Shown here: in pieces, positions 1-8,959 of the stretch
How the letters are laid out: every line of letters begins with the position of its first letter
How positions within the stretch are numbered: position 1 is the stretch's first letter
Made by a program: the position numbers and the translations under genes
DNA from: an uncultured Acidobacteriota bacterium
Lineage (GTDB): Bacteria; Acidobacteriota; Polarisedimenticolia; Polarisedimenticolales; DASRJG01
DNA length: 64,000 nucleotides
Assembly (NCBI GenBank): GCA_964511835.1
Contig: CAZEII010000007.1
Location: 54,089-118,088, forward strand
Reading direction: 5' to 3'
Notes under the pieces: generated by a model
What the model was told of the DNA's origin: nothing
The model's input: only the letters and a program-made list of their open reading frames with translations
Databases searched by the model: none

Positions 1-492
1 GTCGCCCATGAAGAGCTCGGTCCCGTAGGTGTGCTCCTGGCGACCAAGCCGGATGCTGAAATCGGACCCCCAGAGCTTCGCGATGTCCACGTATCCCTGG
101 TAGAGCTGAATTCCCTGGGTCGCGAACTGGTAGGCCGCATCGGCTTGGCCAATGGGTGTGGGAGGCATGAAGAACGGGTTGTCCTTCGACGGATCGAACT
201 CGTCGCCGAAGTGGCCGGTGTACTGGAGATCGACGTGGGCACTGACGTTCTTTGAGAAGTTGCCCGTGATGCCGACCATCACCCGGTAAGGTGTGAAGGA
301 GAGTTGGTCGTCGTTGACCGGGCTCGAGCCGGAGTTGTCCTTCAGGTCGAGGTAGTTGTTGAGGTACTCGTACCTAGCCCGAACCATTCCGTCGAAATCG
401 AACGTCGGCTTTTCGTCATCTGCGGCGCGGGCGGGGGCGATCGTCAGCCCTGCCATCGCGCCAGCGAGGACCATGAACAGCGCCTTCTTCAT
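1..492 (-). CDS. outer-membrane porin-like protein (alginate-export/AlgE-like?), C-terminal part lies outside the window
   Basis: Absent from the ORF track because there is no stop in the window. The reverse strand from ATG (490-492), preceded by GGAGG, reads MKKALFMVLAGAMAGLTIAPARAADDEKPTFDFDGMVRARYEYLNNYLDLKDN...RLGRQEHTYGTELFMGD. It has a signal peptide followed by an alternating aromatic/Gly/Asp beta-barrel-like pattern. Confidence 0.6.
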   Translation of the reverse strand, partial: MKKALFMVLAGAMAGLTIAPARAADDEKPTFDFDGMVRARYEYLNNYLDLKDNSGSSPVNDDQLSFTPYRVMVGITGNFSKNVSAHVDLQYTGHFGDEFDPSKDNPFFMPPTPIGQADAAYQFATQGIQLYQGYVDIAKLWGSDFSIRLGRQEHTYGTELFMGD

Positions 493-802
493 TACCAGCC
501 TCCCAGCTGTGAGTCCGTACCGAATCCGCGGGGGGGCGGGATCCGGGGACCATCCCCGGCTTCGGTCGTGAGCTCTTTGATACTCGGTTGAACCCCCCGA
601 CAATCTGGTCTTTCGTCCAGAGCGCGGTAAACAGCAATCCATATGCCCCTGACAACCGAATTTGTAAGTCATGTTAAGGGTGTTTTAATTCAATAACTTG
701 GTAGGTCATCGACCCAAAACCCGACAAGATTTATGGGGGTCTTAATGCGGGGGAGATCCAACGCGTTGAATCGTCCAAGGGCATGGACCGGGTGAATGAG
801 CC

Positions 803-961
803 TCAGAGATAGAGCGCCGGTAGGAGGAGCAAGCCAATCACTGAGATGACGAGCCAATAGCCCGCCACCAAGGTCAGGGAAGCGTTCGGAACCGCCCCGC
901 GAGCCGAGTAGATCCCATGAAGACTTCCCGCGACAACGGCGATCGAGAACAGCCGCTGCAT
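803..961 (-). CDS. small hydrophobic protein (52 aa, about 2 TM), hypothetical
   Basis: This is the tail of track ORF 803..2167, starting at an internal ATG: MQRLFSIAVVAGSLHGIYSARGAVPNASLTLVAGYWLVISVIGLLLLPALYL. It lies directly downstream of msrAB. There is only compositional support. Confidence 0.35.
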   Translation of the reverse strand: MQRLFSIAVVAGSLHGIYSARGAVPNASLTLVAGYWLVISVIGLLLLPALYL

Positions 962-1005
962 AGTCGCAGCAGAACTTCGGTGCCTTTGCGAACGCCTCCG
1001 CTCCT

Positions 1006-2148
1006 TTACTTCTTGAACAGCTTCGCGTACTCGCCGAAGCCTTGGGCCTCGAGCTCGCCAAGCGGAACGAAGCGAAGGGAGGCGCTGTCGATGCAATAGC
1101 GCAGCCCGCTCGGCGGCGGACCGTCGAGAAAAACGTCGCCCAAGTGGCTGCCTGCGAGGCGGCTCTTGACCTCCGCTCCCATCAGGACCATGGGGCCGTG
1201 AGTGACCTTCACGACGTTTTCGGCCTCCAGCGGCCTCGAGAAGCTCGGCCAACCGGTCCCGCTGTCGAACTTGTCGGTCGAGCTGAAGAGCGGCTCGCCG
1301 GAGACGACGTCGACGTAGATCCCGGCCTCGTGGTTGTTCCAGTAGGCGTTGTCGAACGGCGGCTCGGTGGCTCCGTTCTGGGTCACGTCGTATTGGAGCG
1401 GCGTCAGGCGGCGATGCAGCTCTTCGGCGCTCGGCTTCACGTAGGACTTCGGGCCGGCTGCCCGGGCCGACGGCGCTGCGGACGGTTTGGCCGCCGCGGG
1501 CCCGATCGGCGGCTTGCTTTCCCATGTGCGCTCGATGAACGACCCGCGCCCCGAGCCCCATTTGTACGCGAGGTACTCGGCGCGATGCTTGCTGCAGTAC
1601 GCCTGGTGGTACTCCTCCGCCCGGTAAAAAGGCCCGGCAGGGAGGATCAGGGTGGCGATCGGCTTGTCGAACCAGTGCGTCGCTTCGAGGGCCGCCTTGG
1701 AGGCTTCGGCGATCCGCCGCTGCTCCGGGCCGTCGACGAAGATCGCGGTGCGGTATTGAGACCCGCGATCCGCGAACTGCCCGCCGGGATCCGTGGGATC
1801 GATCTGGCGCCAGAAGATGTCCAGAATCTGAGCGTAGGTGATCTTCGACGGATCGAAGCGGACGGACACCGATTCGAAGTGGCCCGTCTCCCCCGATGAG
1901 ACGGCCTCGTAGGTCGGATTCGGCTTCTGCCCGCCGGTGTAGCCGGAGACCGCTTCGATGACGCCGGGCACGTCGTCGAACGCTCCCTCGATGCACCAGA
2001 AGCACCCGCCCGCGAGCAGTGCGACCTCGGATTTCTCCGATGCGGGAGATGTCTTGGCGCCGTCGCGGGCGGATGCCGCGTCGCTTCCCCCGCAGGCGGC
2101 CAGACCGATCGCGGCGAGAAGCCCACACACAGACAGATGGTTTCGCAT
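1006..2148 (-). CDS. msrAB: bifunctional peptide-methionine sulfoxide reductase MsrA/MsrB with lipoprotein signal
   Basis: MsrA motif [11 protein letters not shown], and MsrB part [31 protein letters not shown]...[10 protein letters not shown]. The N-terminus [21 protein letters not shown] is lipobox-like. Confidence 0.9.
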   Translation of the reverse strand: MRNHLSVCGLLAAIGLAACGGSDAASARDGAKTSPASEKSEVALLAGGCFWCIEGAFDDVPGVIEAVSGYTGGQKPNPTYEAVSSGETGHFESVSVRFDPSKITYAQILDIFWRQIDPTDPGGQFADRGSQYRTAIFVDGPEQRRIAEASKAALEATHWFDKPIATLILPAGPFYRAEEYHQAYCSKHRAEYLAYKWGSGRGSFIERTWESKPPIGPAAAKPSAAPSARAAGPKSYVKPSAEELHRRLTPLQYDVTQNGATEPPFDNAYWNNHEAGIYVDVVSGEPLFSSTDKFDSGTGWPSFSRPLEAENVVKVTHGPMVLMGAEVKSRLAGSHLGDVFLDGPPPSGLRYCIDSASLRFVPLGELEAQGFGEYAKLFKK

Positions 2149-2369
2149 GATTCCTCGTGCGCCCCAATCCTTCCTACGTTCAGGAGACGACCGCCGGATT
2201 CATGATGGACGATTCGGGGGCATTTCGCATGCGCAGGCGTCCGTGCCGCGCGTATCCTTAACGGCTTCAAGAGCATCGTAATTCCCCTGGTCTGGAAAAA
2301 TCGCCGTCGGGGAATACCTTTGTTCCGGCGAACGATAGGCGGACGGGGATCCCGTTTCGGGGGCGAACT

Positions 2370-3923
2370 TTGACGACCGACCGCGACGTGCTGACGCCCG
2401 ATGGCTTGACCTTTGTCCTCGATCTGGGGCGGCGCTTCGCTCCGCGCGTGAGCGAGCTGCTGGAGGCGCGTCGCTCGATGCAGGCGCGCTACGACCGAGG
2501 CGACCGCCCGCGCTTTTTGCCCGAGACGCGCGAGATTCGCGAAGGGGCTTGGAAGATCGCCCCGCCCCCCGCGGATCTCGCGGACCGGAGGGTCGAGATC
2601 ACCGGCCCGGTCGACCGTAAGATGATCATCAACGCGTTGAACTCCGGCGCCTCCGTCTTCATGGCCGACTTCGAGGACTCGAACGCGCCGACCTGGGCCA
2701 ATGTGCTGGACGGCCAGGCCAACCTTCGGGATGCCGTCGACGGAACGATCGCGTACGACGACCCGGGCTCCGGCAAGAGCTACCGCCTCGGCGGGAAGAC
2801 CGCGGTGCTGATGGTCAGGCCGCGCGGCTGGCACCTCGTAGAGCGCCACGTCCAGGTGGACACCCGCCCGATTCCGGCCGGATTGTTCGACTTCGGTGTC
2901 TTCCTGTTTCACAACGCGAAGGCTCTGCTGTCGAAAGGATCGGGACCGTACTTCTACCTCCCGAAGATGCAAAGTCATCTCGAAGCTCGCCTGTGGAACG
3001 ACGTCTTCGTTCACGCCGAGCGAGCCCTCGGGTTACCGGCGGGAGTCATCAAAGCGACGGTCCTCATCGAGACGCTCCCGGCCGCCTTCGAGATGGATGA
3101 AATCCTCTGGGAACTGCGCGACCACGCCGCGGGACTCAATTGCGGGCGCTGGGACTACATCTTCAGCTTCATCAAGGTCCACCGGAACGATCCGGGCGCG
3201 GTCCTCCCGGACCGATCGCAGGTCACGATGGACCAAGGGTTTCTCCGGGCCTACACCCAGCTGCTGATCAAGACCTGCCATCGCCGCGGTGCCCATGCGA
3301 TGGGCGGCATGGCCGCCCAGATCCCGATCAAAGGCGACCTCGCCGCGAATGATGCCGCGATCGCGAAGGTCGTGGCGGACAAGCAGCGCGAGGTGCGCGA
3401 CGGGCACGACGGCACGTGGGTCGCCCACCCTGGGTTGGTGCCTGTCGCCGTCCAGGTTTTCGACGCGACGATGCCCGGGCCGAATCAGCTGACCAGGCTC
3501 CGCGAGGACGTCTCGGTGGGAGAGGCCGACCTTCTGGCCGTGCCGCGCGGGACGAGAACGGAGGCGGGACTGCGCTGGAACCTGCGCGTGGGGGTCCAAT
3601 ACCTGGAGGCCTGGCTTCGCGGCGTCGGATGCGTGCCCCTTTACCATCTGATGGAAGACGCCGCGACCGCCGAGATCTCGCGGACACAGGTCTGGCAGTG
3701 GATCCGCCACCGCGCGGCGCTCGATGACGGCCGCAAGGTCGACGCGCCGCTCGTGCACGCTACGTTCGAATCCGAAATGGCCGAGCTCCGTTCCGAGCTG
3801 GGAGCGGAGCGATTCGACGGCGGTCGGTTCAAGGAAGCCATCGCGCTGTTCGAGGGATTGATCTTTTCCTCGACGTTCGAAGAGTTTCTGACCATCCCGG
3901 CCTACGACCTTCTTCGCGATTGA
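2370..3923 (+). CDS. aceB: malate synthase A
   Basis: Motifs [38 protein letters not shown] and [12 protein letters not shown]. The length is 517 aa. The TTG start is uncertain. Confidence 0.9.
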   Translation: MTTDRDVLTPDGLTFVLDLGRRFAPRVSELLEARRSMQARYDRGDRPRFLPETREIREGAWKIAPPPADLADRRVEITGPVDRKMIINALNSGASVFMADFEDSNAPTWANVLDGQANLRDAVDGTIAYDDPGSGKSYRLGGKTAVLMVRPRGWHLVERHVQVDTRPIPAGLFDFGVFLFHNAKALLSKGSGPYFYLPKMQSHLEARLWNDVFVHAERALGLPAGVIKATVLIETLPAAFEMDEILWELRDHAAGLNCGRWDYIFSFIKVHRNDPGAVLPDRSQVTMDQGFLRAYTQLLIKTCHRRGAHAMGGMAAQIPIKGDLAANDAAIAKVVADKQREVRDGHDGTWVAHPGLVPVAVQVFDATMPGPNQLTRLREDVSVGEADLLAVPRGTRTEAGLRWNLRVGVQYLEAWLRGVGCVPLYHLMEDAATAEISRTQVWQWIRHRAALDDGRKVDAPLVHATFESEMAELRSELGAERFDGGRFKEAIALFEGLIFSSTFEEFLTIPAYDLLRD

Positions 3924-3939
3924 GCCCGAGGAGACCCCC

Positions 3940-5193
3940 ATGCCCGATGCGAATTTGCATGCCCCCGTCAACCGCTTCCGAGGGATCGAGCGGCCTTACG
4001 GCGACGCCGACGTCGAGCGCCTCCGCGGCAGCGTGAGGGTGGAGCACACGCTCGCCCGCCTCGGCGCGACTCGGCTGTGGGAGCTCCTTCACACGCGTGA
4101 CTACATCAACTCTCTGGGCGCATTGAGCGGCAATCAGGCGGTGCAGCTGGTCCGGGCGGGATTGGAGGCCGTCTACGTCTCGGGTTGGCAGGTGGCCGCG
4201 GATGCGAACTCGTCTCCGATGACATACCCCGATCAGAGCCTGTACCCCGCGGATTCGGTTCCACGCCTCGTCAGGCGAATCAATCAAGCGCTTCTCCGGG
4301 CCGATCAGATCGAGCACATGGAAGGGAGCGTGACGCGTCCCTGGATGGCGCCGCTGATCGCCGACGCGGAGGCCGGTTTCGGCGGGCCGCTGAACGCGTT
4401 CGAGCTGATGAAGGCGATGATCGAGGCAGGCGCCGCCGGCGTTCACTTCGAGGACCAGCTCTCGTCGGAGAAAAAGTGCGGCCACCTCGGAGGGAAGGTG
4501 CTCGTCCCGACGAGCCAGTTTCTGCGCACGCTGGTCGCGGCACGCCTGGCGGCCGACGTGCTCGGCACCCCCACCTTGCTGATCGCCCGCACCGATGCCG
4601 ACTCGGCCAAGCTGCTGACGTCCGACGTCGATCCCCGGGACCGTCCCTTTTGCACCGGCGAACGGACCTCCGAAGGGTTCTACCGGATCCGATGCGGCCT
4701 CCCGATGGCGATCGCCCGAGGAATTGCCTTCGCGCCGTACGCGGATCTCCTCTGGTGCGAGACGTCGACGCCCGATCTTCACGAGGCACGGGAATTCGCC
4801 GACGGCATCCACGCGAAATTCCCCGGCAAGATGCTCGCGTACAACTGCTCCCCGTCGTTCAATTGGAAGAAGCACTTGGACGACGCGACGATCGCCAAGT
4901 TCCAGCGGGAGCTAGGGGCGATGGGGTACAAGTTCCAATTCGTCACGCTCGCAGGATTCCACGCCTTGAACCACGGGATGTTCGCGCTAGCCCAGGCTTA
5001 CCGGAGCTCGGGGATGACCGCATATTCGGCCCTCCAGCAGGCCGAGTTTGCCGCCGAGCGCGACGGCTACACCGCCACCAAACACCAGCGCGAGGTCGGC
5101 ACCGGCTACTTCGACGAGGTGGCGAAGGTGATCTCGGGCGGGGCGTCTTCCACGGTTGCGCTCGAGGAATCGACCGAGAGCGAGCAGTTCTGA
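3940..5193 (+). CDS. aceA: isocitrate lyase
   Basis: ICL signature [19 protein letters not shown] lies upstream of the ATG. The gene is adjacent to aceB. Confidence 0.95.
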   Translation: MPDANLHAPVNRFRGIERPYGDADVERLRGSVRVEHTLARLGATRLWELLHTRDYINSLGALSGNQAVQLVRAGLEAVYVSGWQVAADANSSPMTYPDQSLYPADSVPRLVRRINQALLRADQIEHMEGSVTRPWMAPLIADAEAGFGGPLNAFELMKAMIEAGAAGVHFEDQLSSEKKCGHLGGKVLVPTSQFLRTLVAARLAADVLGTPTLLIARTDADSAKLLTSDVDPRDRPFCTGERTSEGFYRIRCGLPMAIARGIAFAPYADLLWCETSTPDLHEAREFADGIHAKFPGKMLAYNCSPSFNWKKHLDDATIAKFQRELGAMGYKFQFVTLAGFHALNHGMFALAQAYRSSGMTAYSALQQAEFAAERDGYTATKHQREVGTGYFDEVAKVISGGASSTVALEESTESEQF

Positions 5194-5295
5194 GGCAACT
5201 TCGGTGGCGCCTGCGGGCGGCTCGTCCGGCGGCTAAACTAAGCCGGGCGACCGCACGTATTCACGGGCGTCGTATCGCCACCGAAGGAGTCCTCG

Positions 5296-7356
5296 ATGAC
5301 CATCCGCCGCTTCCGTCTCGCTGCGCTCGCGCTGTCCGCGATCGCCGTCTTCGCGCCGTCCCGGGCGGACGACCAGCCGATCTCGCAGCTTCCCTACACG
5401 CCGAGCCTCGACCCGGCCGCCATGGACCGCAGCGCCGATCCGTGCCAGGACCTCTATCAGTACGCCTGCGGGGGTTGGATGAAGAACAACCCACTGCCCG
5501 GAGACCAGCCCAGCTGGAGCGTGTACGGCAAGCTCGCCCAGGACAATCAGCGATACCTTTGGGGGATCCTCGAGGACGCGGCGAAGCCAGAACCGTCGCG
5601 AACGCCGACGCAGCAGAAGATCGGCGACTATTTCGCGGCGTGCATGGATGTGGATGCGGTGGAGAAGGCCGGGGCGCAGCCGTTGGCCGCCGACTTGGCG
5701 AGGATCGCGGGGATGAAGTCGATCGCCGAGCTTGGTCCCATTCTTGGATCGCTTCACGCCCGGGTCATCAGCAATGGCGTTTTGTTCGGCAACGGCGTCG
5801 AGCAAGACGCGAAGGAGTCGACTCAGCAGATCTTCGCGGTCTACGCTGGGGGGCTGGGGCTCCCGGATCGGGACTACTACTTCAAGGACGACGACAAGTC
5901 GAAGGAAACTCGCGCCAAGTACGTGGAATACGTCGCGCGGATGCTCGAGCTCACCGGCGATTCCCACGAGCGGGCGAAGATCGGCGCGGCGACGGTCCTG
6001 CGCATCGAGACCGAGCTCGCGAGGGCATCGCTCACACGCGTGGAGCGGAGGGACCCTTACAAGATCTACCACCACACCGCCCCAGCCAAGCTCAAGAAGC
6101 TCGTTCCGGGGTTCGACTGGGACGGCTACTTCGCTGCCGTCGGCGGTCGACCGAGCGCATGGCTCAACGTCTCGGAGCCCGCGTTCTTCACCGAGGTGGG
6201 CGCGCGCCTCAAGGCCGAAAAGCTGGACGACATGAAGACGTACCTCCGCTGGTCGCTGACGAACATGAGGGCCGATTACCTCTCGAAGGCGTTCGTCGAC
6301 GAGCACTTCGCCTTCTATCGCGCCTACCTGCGCGGCGTGAAGGAGCCTCAGCCGCGCTGGAAAAAGTGCGTCGGCTGGGTCGACCGCGACCTCGGCGAGG
6401 CGCTGGGCAAGGAGTTCGCGGACCGCACCTTCCCGCCGGAGACGAAGGCGAAGACGGTCGCGATGACCAATCTCGTTGTCGCCGCGATGAAAGACCGCAT
6501 TCAGGGGCTCGACTGGATGAGCGCCGAGACCAAGAAGCACGCGATCGAGAAGTTGGGGAAGATTCGGAACAAGGTGGGCTACCCGGACAAGTGGCGCGAC
6601 TATTCGACGCTTCAAGTTTCGCGCGGCGACTTCTTCGGCAACGTCGCGCGGTCGATCGTCTTCGAGACCAACCGGCAGCTGGCGAAGATCGGCAAGCCCG
6701 TCGACCGCGGCGAGTGGGGCATGACGCCGCCTACGGTGAACGCCTACTACAACCCCTCGATGAACGACATCAACTTTCCGGCCGGCGTGCTCATGCCGCC
6801 GCTCTACGACGCGAAGCTCGACGACGCGCCGAACTACGGGAACACGGGTTCCACGATCGGCCACGAGCTGACGCACGGATTCGACGACGAGGGGCGGCAG
6901 TACGATGGCGACGGCAACTTGCGCGATTGGTGGACGAAAAAGGACGGCGAGGAGTTCGAGAAGCGCGCCAACTGTATCCGCGACCAGTATTCGAGCTACG
7001 TCGTCGTGGACGACATCAAGATCAACGGCAAGCTGACGTCCGGTGAGGACATCGCCGATCTCGGCGGAACGATCCTCGCCTGGGCCGCGTGGAAAGAAGC
7101 GACCAAGAGCGAGAAGCTCGTTCCGATCGACGGGCTGACGCCCGACCAGCGGTTCTTCGTCGGGCTCGCGCAATGGGCCTGCGAGAACGAGCGCCCCGAG
7201 AACCAGAGGCTCCTGGCCGCGACCAATCCGCACTCCCCCGGCAAGTACCGGATCAACGGGGTCGTCGTGAACATGCCCGAGTACGCGGCGGCGTTTCAGT
7301 GCCCGGCCGGCGCCGCTCTGGCGAAGCCTGCCGACAAGATCTGCAAAGTCTGGTAG
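5296..7356 (+). CDS. M13 family zinc metallopeptidase (PepO / endothelin-converting-enzyme-like), secreted
   Basis: HELTHGFD (HExxH) and GEDIADLGG (ENxADxGG-type). N-terminal signal MTIRRFRLAALALSAIAVFAPSRA. Confidence 0.9.
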   Translation: MTIRRFRLAALALSAIAVFAPSRADDQPISQLPYTPSLDPAAMDRSADPCQDLYQYACGGWMKNNPLPGDQPSWSVYGKLAQDNQRYLWGILEDAAKPEPSRTPTQQKIGDYFAACMDVDAVEKAGAQPLAADLARIAGMKSIAELGPILGSLHARVISNGVLFGNGVEQDAKESTQQIFAVYAGGLGLPDRDYYFKDDDKSKETRAKYVEYVARMLELTGDSHERAKIGAATVLRIETELARASLTRVERRDPYKIYHHTAPAKLKKLVPGFDWDGYFAAVGGRPSAWLNVSEPAFFTEVGARLKAEKLDDMKTYLRWSLTNMRADYLSKAFVDEHFAFYRAYLRGVKEPQPRWKKCVGWVDRDLGEALGKEFADRTFPPETKAKTVAMTNLVVAAMKDRIQGLDWMSAETKKHAIEKLGKIRNKVGYPDKWRDYSTLQVSRGDFFGNVARSIVFETNRQLAKIGKPVDRGEWGMTPPTVNAYYNPSMNDINFPAGVLMPPLYDAKLDDAPNYGNTGSTIGHELTHGFDDEGRQYDGDGNLRDWWTKKDGEEFEKRANCIRDQYSSYVVVDDIKINGKLTSGEDIADLGGTILAWAAWKEATKSEKLVPIDGLTPDQRFFVGLAQWACENERPENQRLLAATNPHSPGKYRINGVVVNMPEYAAAFQCPAGAALAKPADKICKVW

Positions 7357-7385
7357 CCGGAATAGGGGACACTCCCCTATTCCGG
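7357..7385. terminator. perfect 29-bp hairpin CCGGAATAGGGGACACTCCCCTATTCCGG. REP-like solo element and putative bidirectional terminator.
   Basis: 13-bp arms with a 3-nt loop. It starts 1 nt after the TAG of the M13 peptidase and contains the last 2 codons plus the TAG (cta, 7377-7379) of the convergent asparaginase gene. The sequence equals the fused termini of the full-length repeat at 61432..61512. Confidence 0.7.
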
Positions 7386-8468
7386 CTTGCCCGGCAAGAG
7401 CGCGTCCATCGGGACGTGGCGAGGACCGGAGTCGTCGCAGACCGAGTACTTCGGCTCGCCGCCGCCGAACATCGCCATCGCGGCGTGCTCGCCGGCGATG
7501 TTCATCGCGTAGAACTTGACGTCGAAGTTGGGCGTTCCGTCGGGCTTCAACAGCCGTTGCTCGATCGTCCTCGCCTTGATCCGTCGGAGCGCTTCGGCGA
7601 TCGCATCCTTGGGATGCGCGCCGCGCCGCATCTCCTCGACGACGAAGAACGACGACAGCCCGTAGAGGTTGGCTTCACCGCGCCCAGTCGAGCCGCACGC
7701 GCCGACGTCGCCGTCCACGTAGTTGCCGGCACCGAGGATCGGCGAGTCCCCCACGCGGCCCGGGATCTTGAACGAAAGCCCGCTGGTGGTCGTTGCCCCG
7801 CACAGCTCGCCGTTGCCGTTGAGCGCGCTCATGTGGATCGTGCCGTAGACCCGATCCGGGGAGAGGAGCCCTTCCGCGATCATGGCCCGGCGGGCCCGGG
7901 CGCCTTCGGAGAGCCTCTTCTCCGGATCGAGATAGTGCTCCGGATCGAGACGGCGCTTCCACTCGAGCCACTTCTTCCGCGAGTGCTCGGTGTTCAGGTC
8001 GTCCTCGATCGTGAAGCCGAACTGCCGCGCGAACCTCTGCGCACCGGCTCCGACCAGCAGGTGATGATCGGTGTTCTCCATGACCGCCTTCGCCACGAGG
8101 CTGGGCGTTCGCACACCTTCGAGCGCCGCGACGCCTCCGGCCCGTTTCTTCCTCCCATGCATCACACACGCGTCGAGCTGAACCACGCCATCGGCGTTCG
8201 GAAGACCGCCGTACCCCACGCTGTCGTCCAACGGATCGAGCTCGACAATGTTGACCCCGGCGAGAATCGCATCGAGCGCATCCTCTCCGCGCGCGATCCG
8301 CGTGAACGTCTCGTGAACCGCGGTCCGCAGGCCCCCGTTCTTGAACTCGTTTCCATTCTTGGACGAGATGACGACGGCGCGCGCCGGCTTCGCGCGCACG
8401 ACCGCCGCCGAGAGCCCGGCTGCGATTCCCGTCCTGACGAAATCCCGCCGTGAGACTTTCGACGACAT
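7377..8468 (-). CDS. Ntn-hydrolase, glycosylasparaginase / isoaspartyl peptidase family, Tat-exported
   Basis: Twin-arginine signal MSSKVSRRDFVRTGIAAGLSAAVV. Also YGTIHMSALNGNGELCGATTTSGLSFKIPGRVGDSPILGAGNYVD. Confidence 0.85.
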   Translation of the reverse strand: MSSKVSRRDFVRTGIAAGLSAAVVRAKPARAVVISSKNGNEFKNGGLRTAVHETFTRIARGEDALDAILAGVNIVELDPLDDSVGYGGLPNADGVVQLDACVMHGRKKRAGGVAALEGVRTPSLVAKAVMENTDHHLLVGAGAQRFARQFGFTIEDDLNTEHSRKKWLEWKRRLDPEHYLDPEKRLSEGARARRAMIAEGLLSPDRVYGTIHMSALNGNGELCGATTTSGLSFKIPGRVGDSPILGAGNYVDGDVGACGSTGRGEANLYGLSSFFVVEEMRRGAHPKDAIAEALRRIKARTIEQRLLKPDGTPNFDVKFYAMNIAGEHAAMAMFGGGEPKYSVCDDSGPRHVPMDALLPGKPE

Positions 8469-8516
8469 GGCGCGGCCTCCAGCCGCCGATTATCGCCGGG
8501 ATCCCCACGGTCGTCG

Positions 8517-8849
8517 CTACGCGACGCGCGCGGTCGCCAGAATTTCCTGGATCGACGCCAGGGTCTGGCGGTAGCGCTGTTCGTCCCGGCGGTGAGCCTC
8601 GGTCCGCGTCAGCCTCCAGCCGTGGGTGCCTGCGGCCGGGGCGCAGAAGAAGACGTCCGCTGCGGAACCCGTACCGTCGAACAGGTCGCGAAGCTGGAAG
8701 ATCCTGTGCCGGCGGGCCCCGGCGGTCGGTGCGCTCCGGATTCCGCGGAGGTTGTCGCGAAGCGCTTCGGCGGCGAGGGTGAACCCGCTGTCCTCCAAGA
8801 GCGCGATGGCGTCTTGCAGCAGGGTTTCGATGCGTCGCAAGTCAGTCAT
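8517..8849 (-). CDS. hypothetical protein (110 aa)
   Basis: The ORF has protein-like composition (MTDLRRIETLLQDAIALLEDSGFTLAAEALRDNL...). I recognise no family. Confidence 0.45.
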   Translation of the reverse strand: MTDLRRIETLLQDAIALLEDSGFTLAAEALRDNLRGIRSAPTAGARRHRIFQLRDLFDGTGSAADVFFCAPAAGTHGWRLTRTEAHRRDEQRYRQTLASIQEILATARVA

Positions 8850-8959
8850 GGCGTCCTCCGCAGATTAGGAATGCGCTCCGCCCATGACAACGGTGTGACG
8901 CCCCGGTTAATTCCCCGTTGCGCCCGGGTCTTTCCCGGTCCGACGTTACAATTCCGGCC

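Noticed and set aside
640-800. An AT-richer stretch upstream of the porin-like gene, examined for an ncRNA or a mobile-element end.
   Set aside because: It has no repeats, no hairpins and no similarity to other parts of the window. It is most simply a promoter or 5' leader region.
2281-2315. Inverted repeat ATTCCCC-N21-GGGGAAT in the msrAB/aceB divergent region. It could be an operator or a relic of the repeat family.
   Set aside because: The arms are only 7 bp with a long spacer, and similarity to the repeat arms is limited to the GGGGAAT/TCCCC core. This is too weak to call.
3764-3773. GTTCGAATCC, a T-loop-like tRNA signature.
   Set aside because: It lies inside the malate synthase reading frame (ATFESEM), and there is no acceptor or anticodon stem context.
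4185-7046. Very long alternative-frame or antisense ORFs in the track. Examples are 4185..7046, 5233..7233, 26371..29253, 51758..54658, 18549..20756 (N-terminal part), 803..2167, 40508..42298 and 44584..47355 (N-terminal part).
   Set aside because: These are shadow ORFs typical of GC-rich DNA. Their translations are Arg/Pro/Gly/Ala-rich low-complexity strings with no recognisable motifs. Each overlaps a frame that encodes a clearly recognisable protein.
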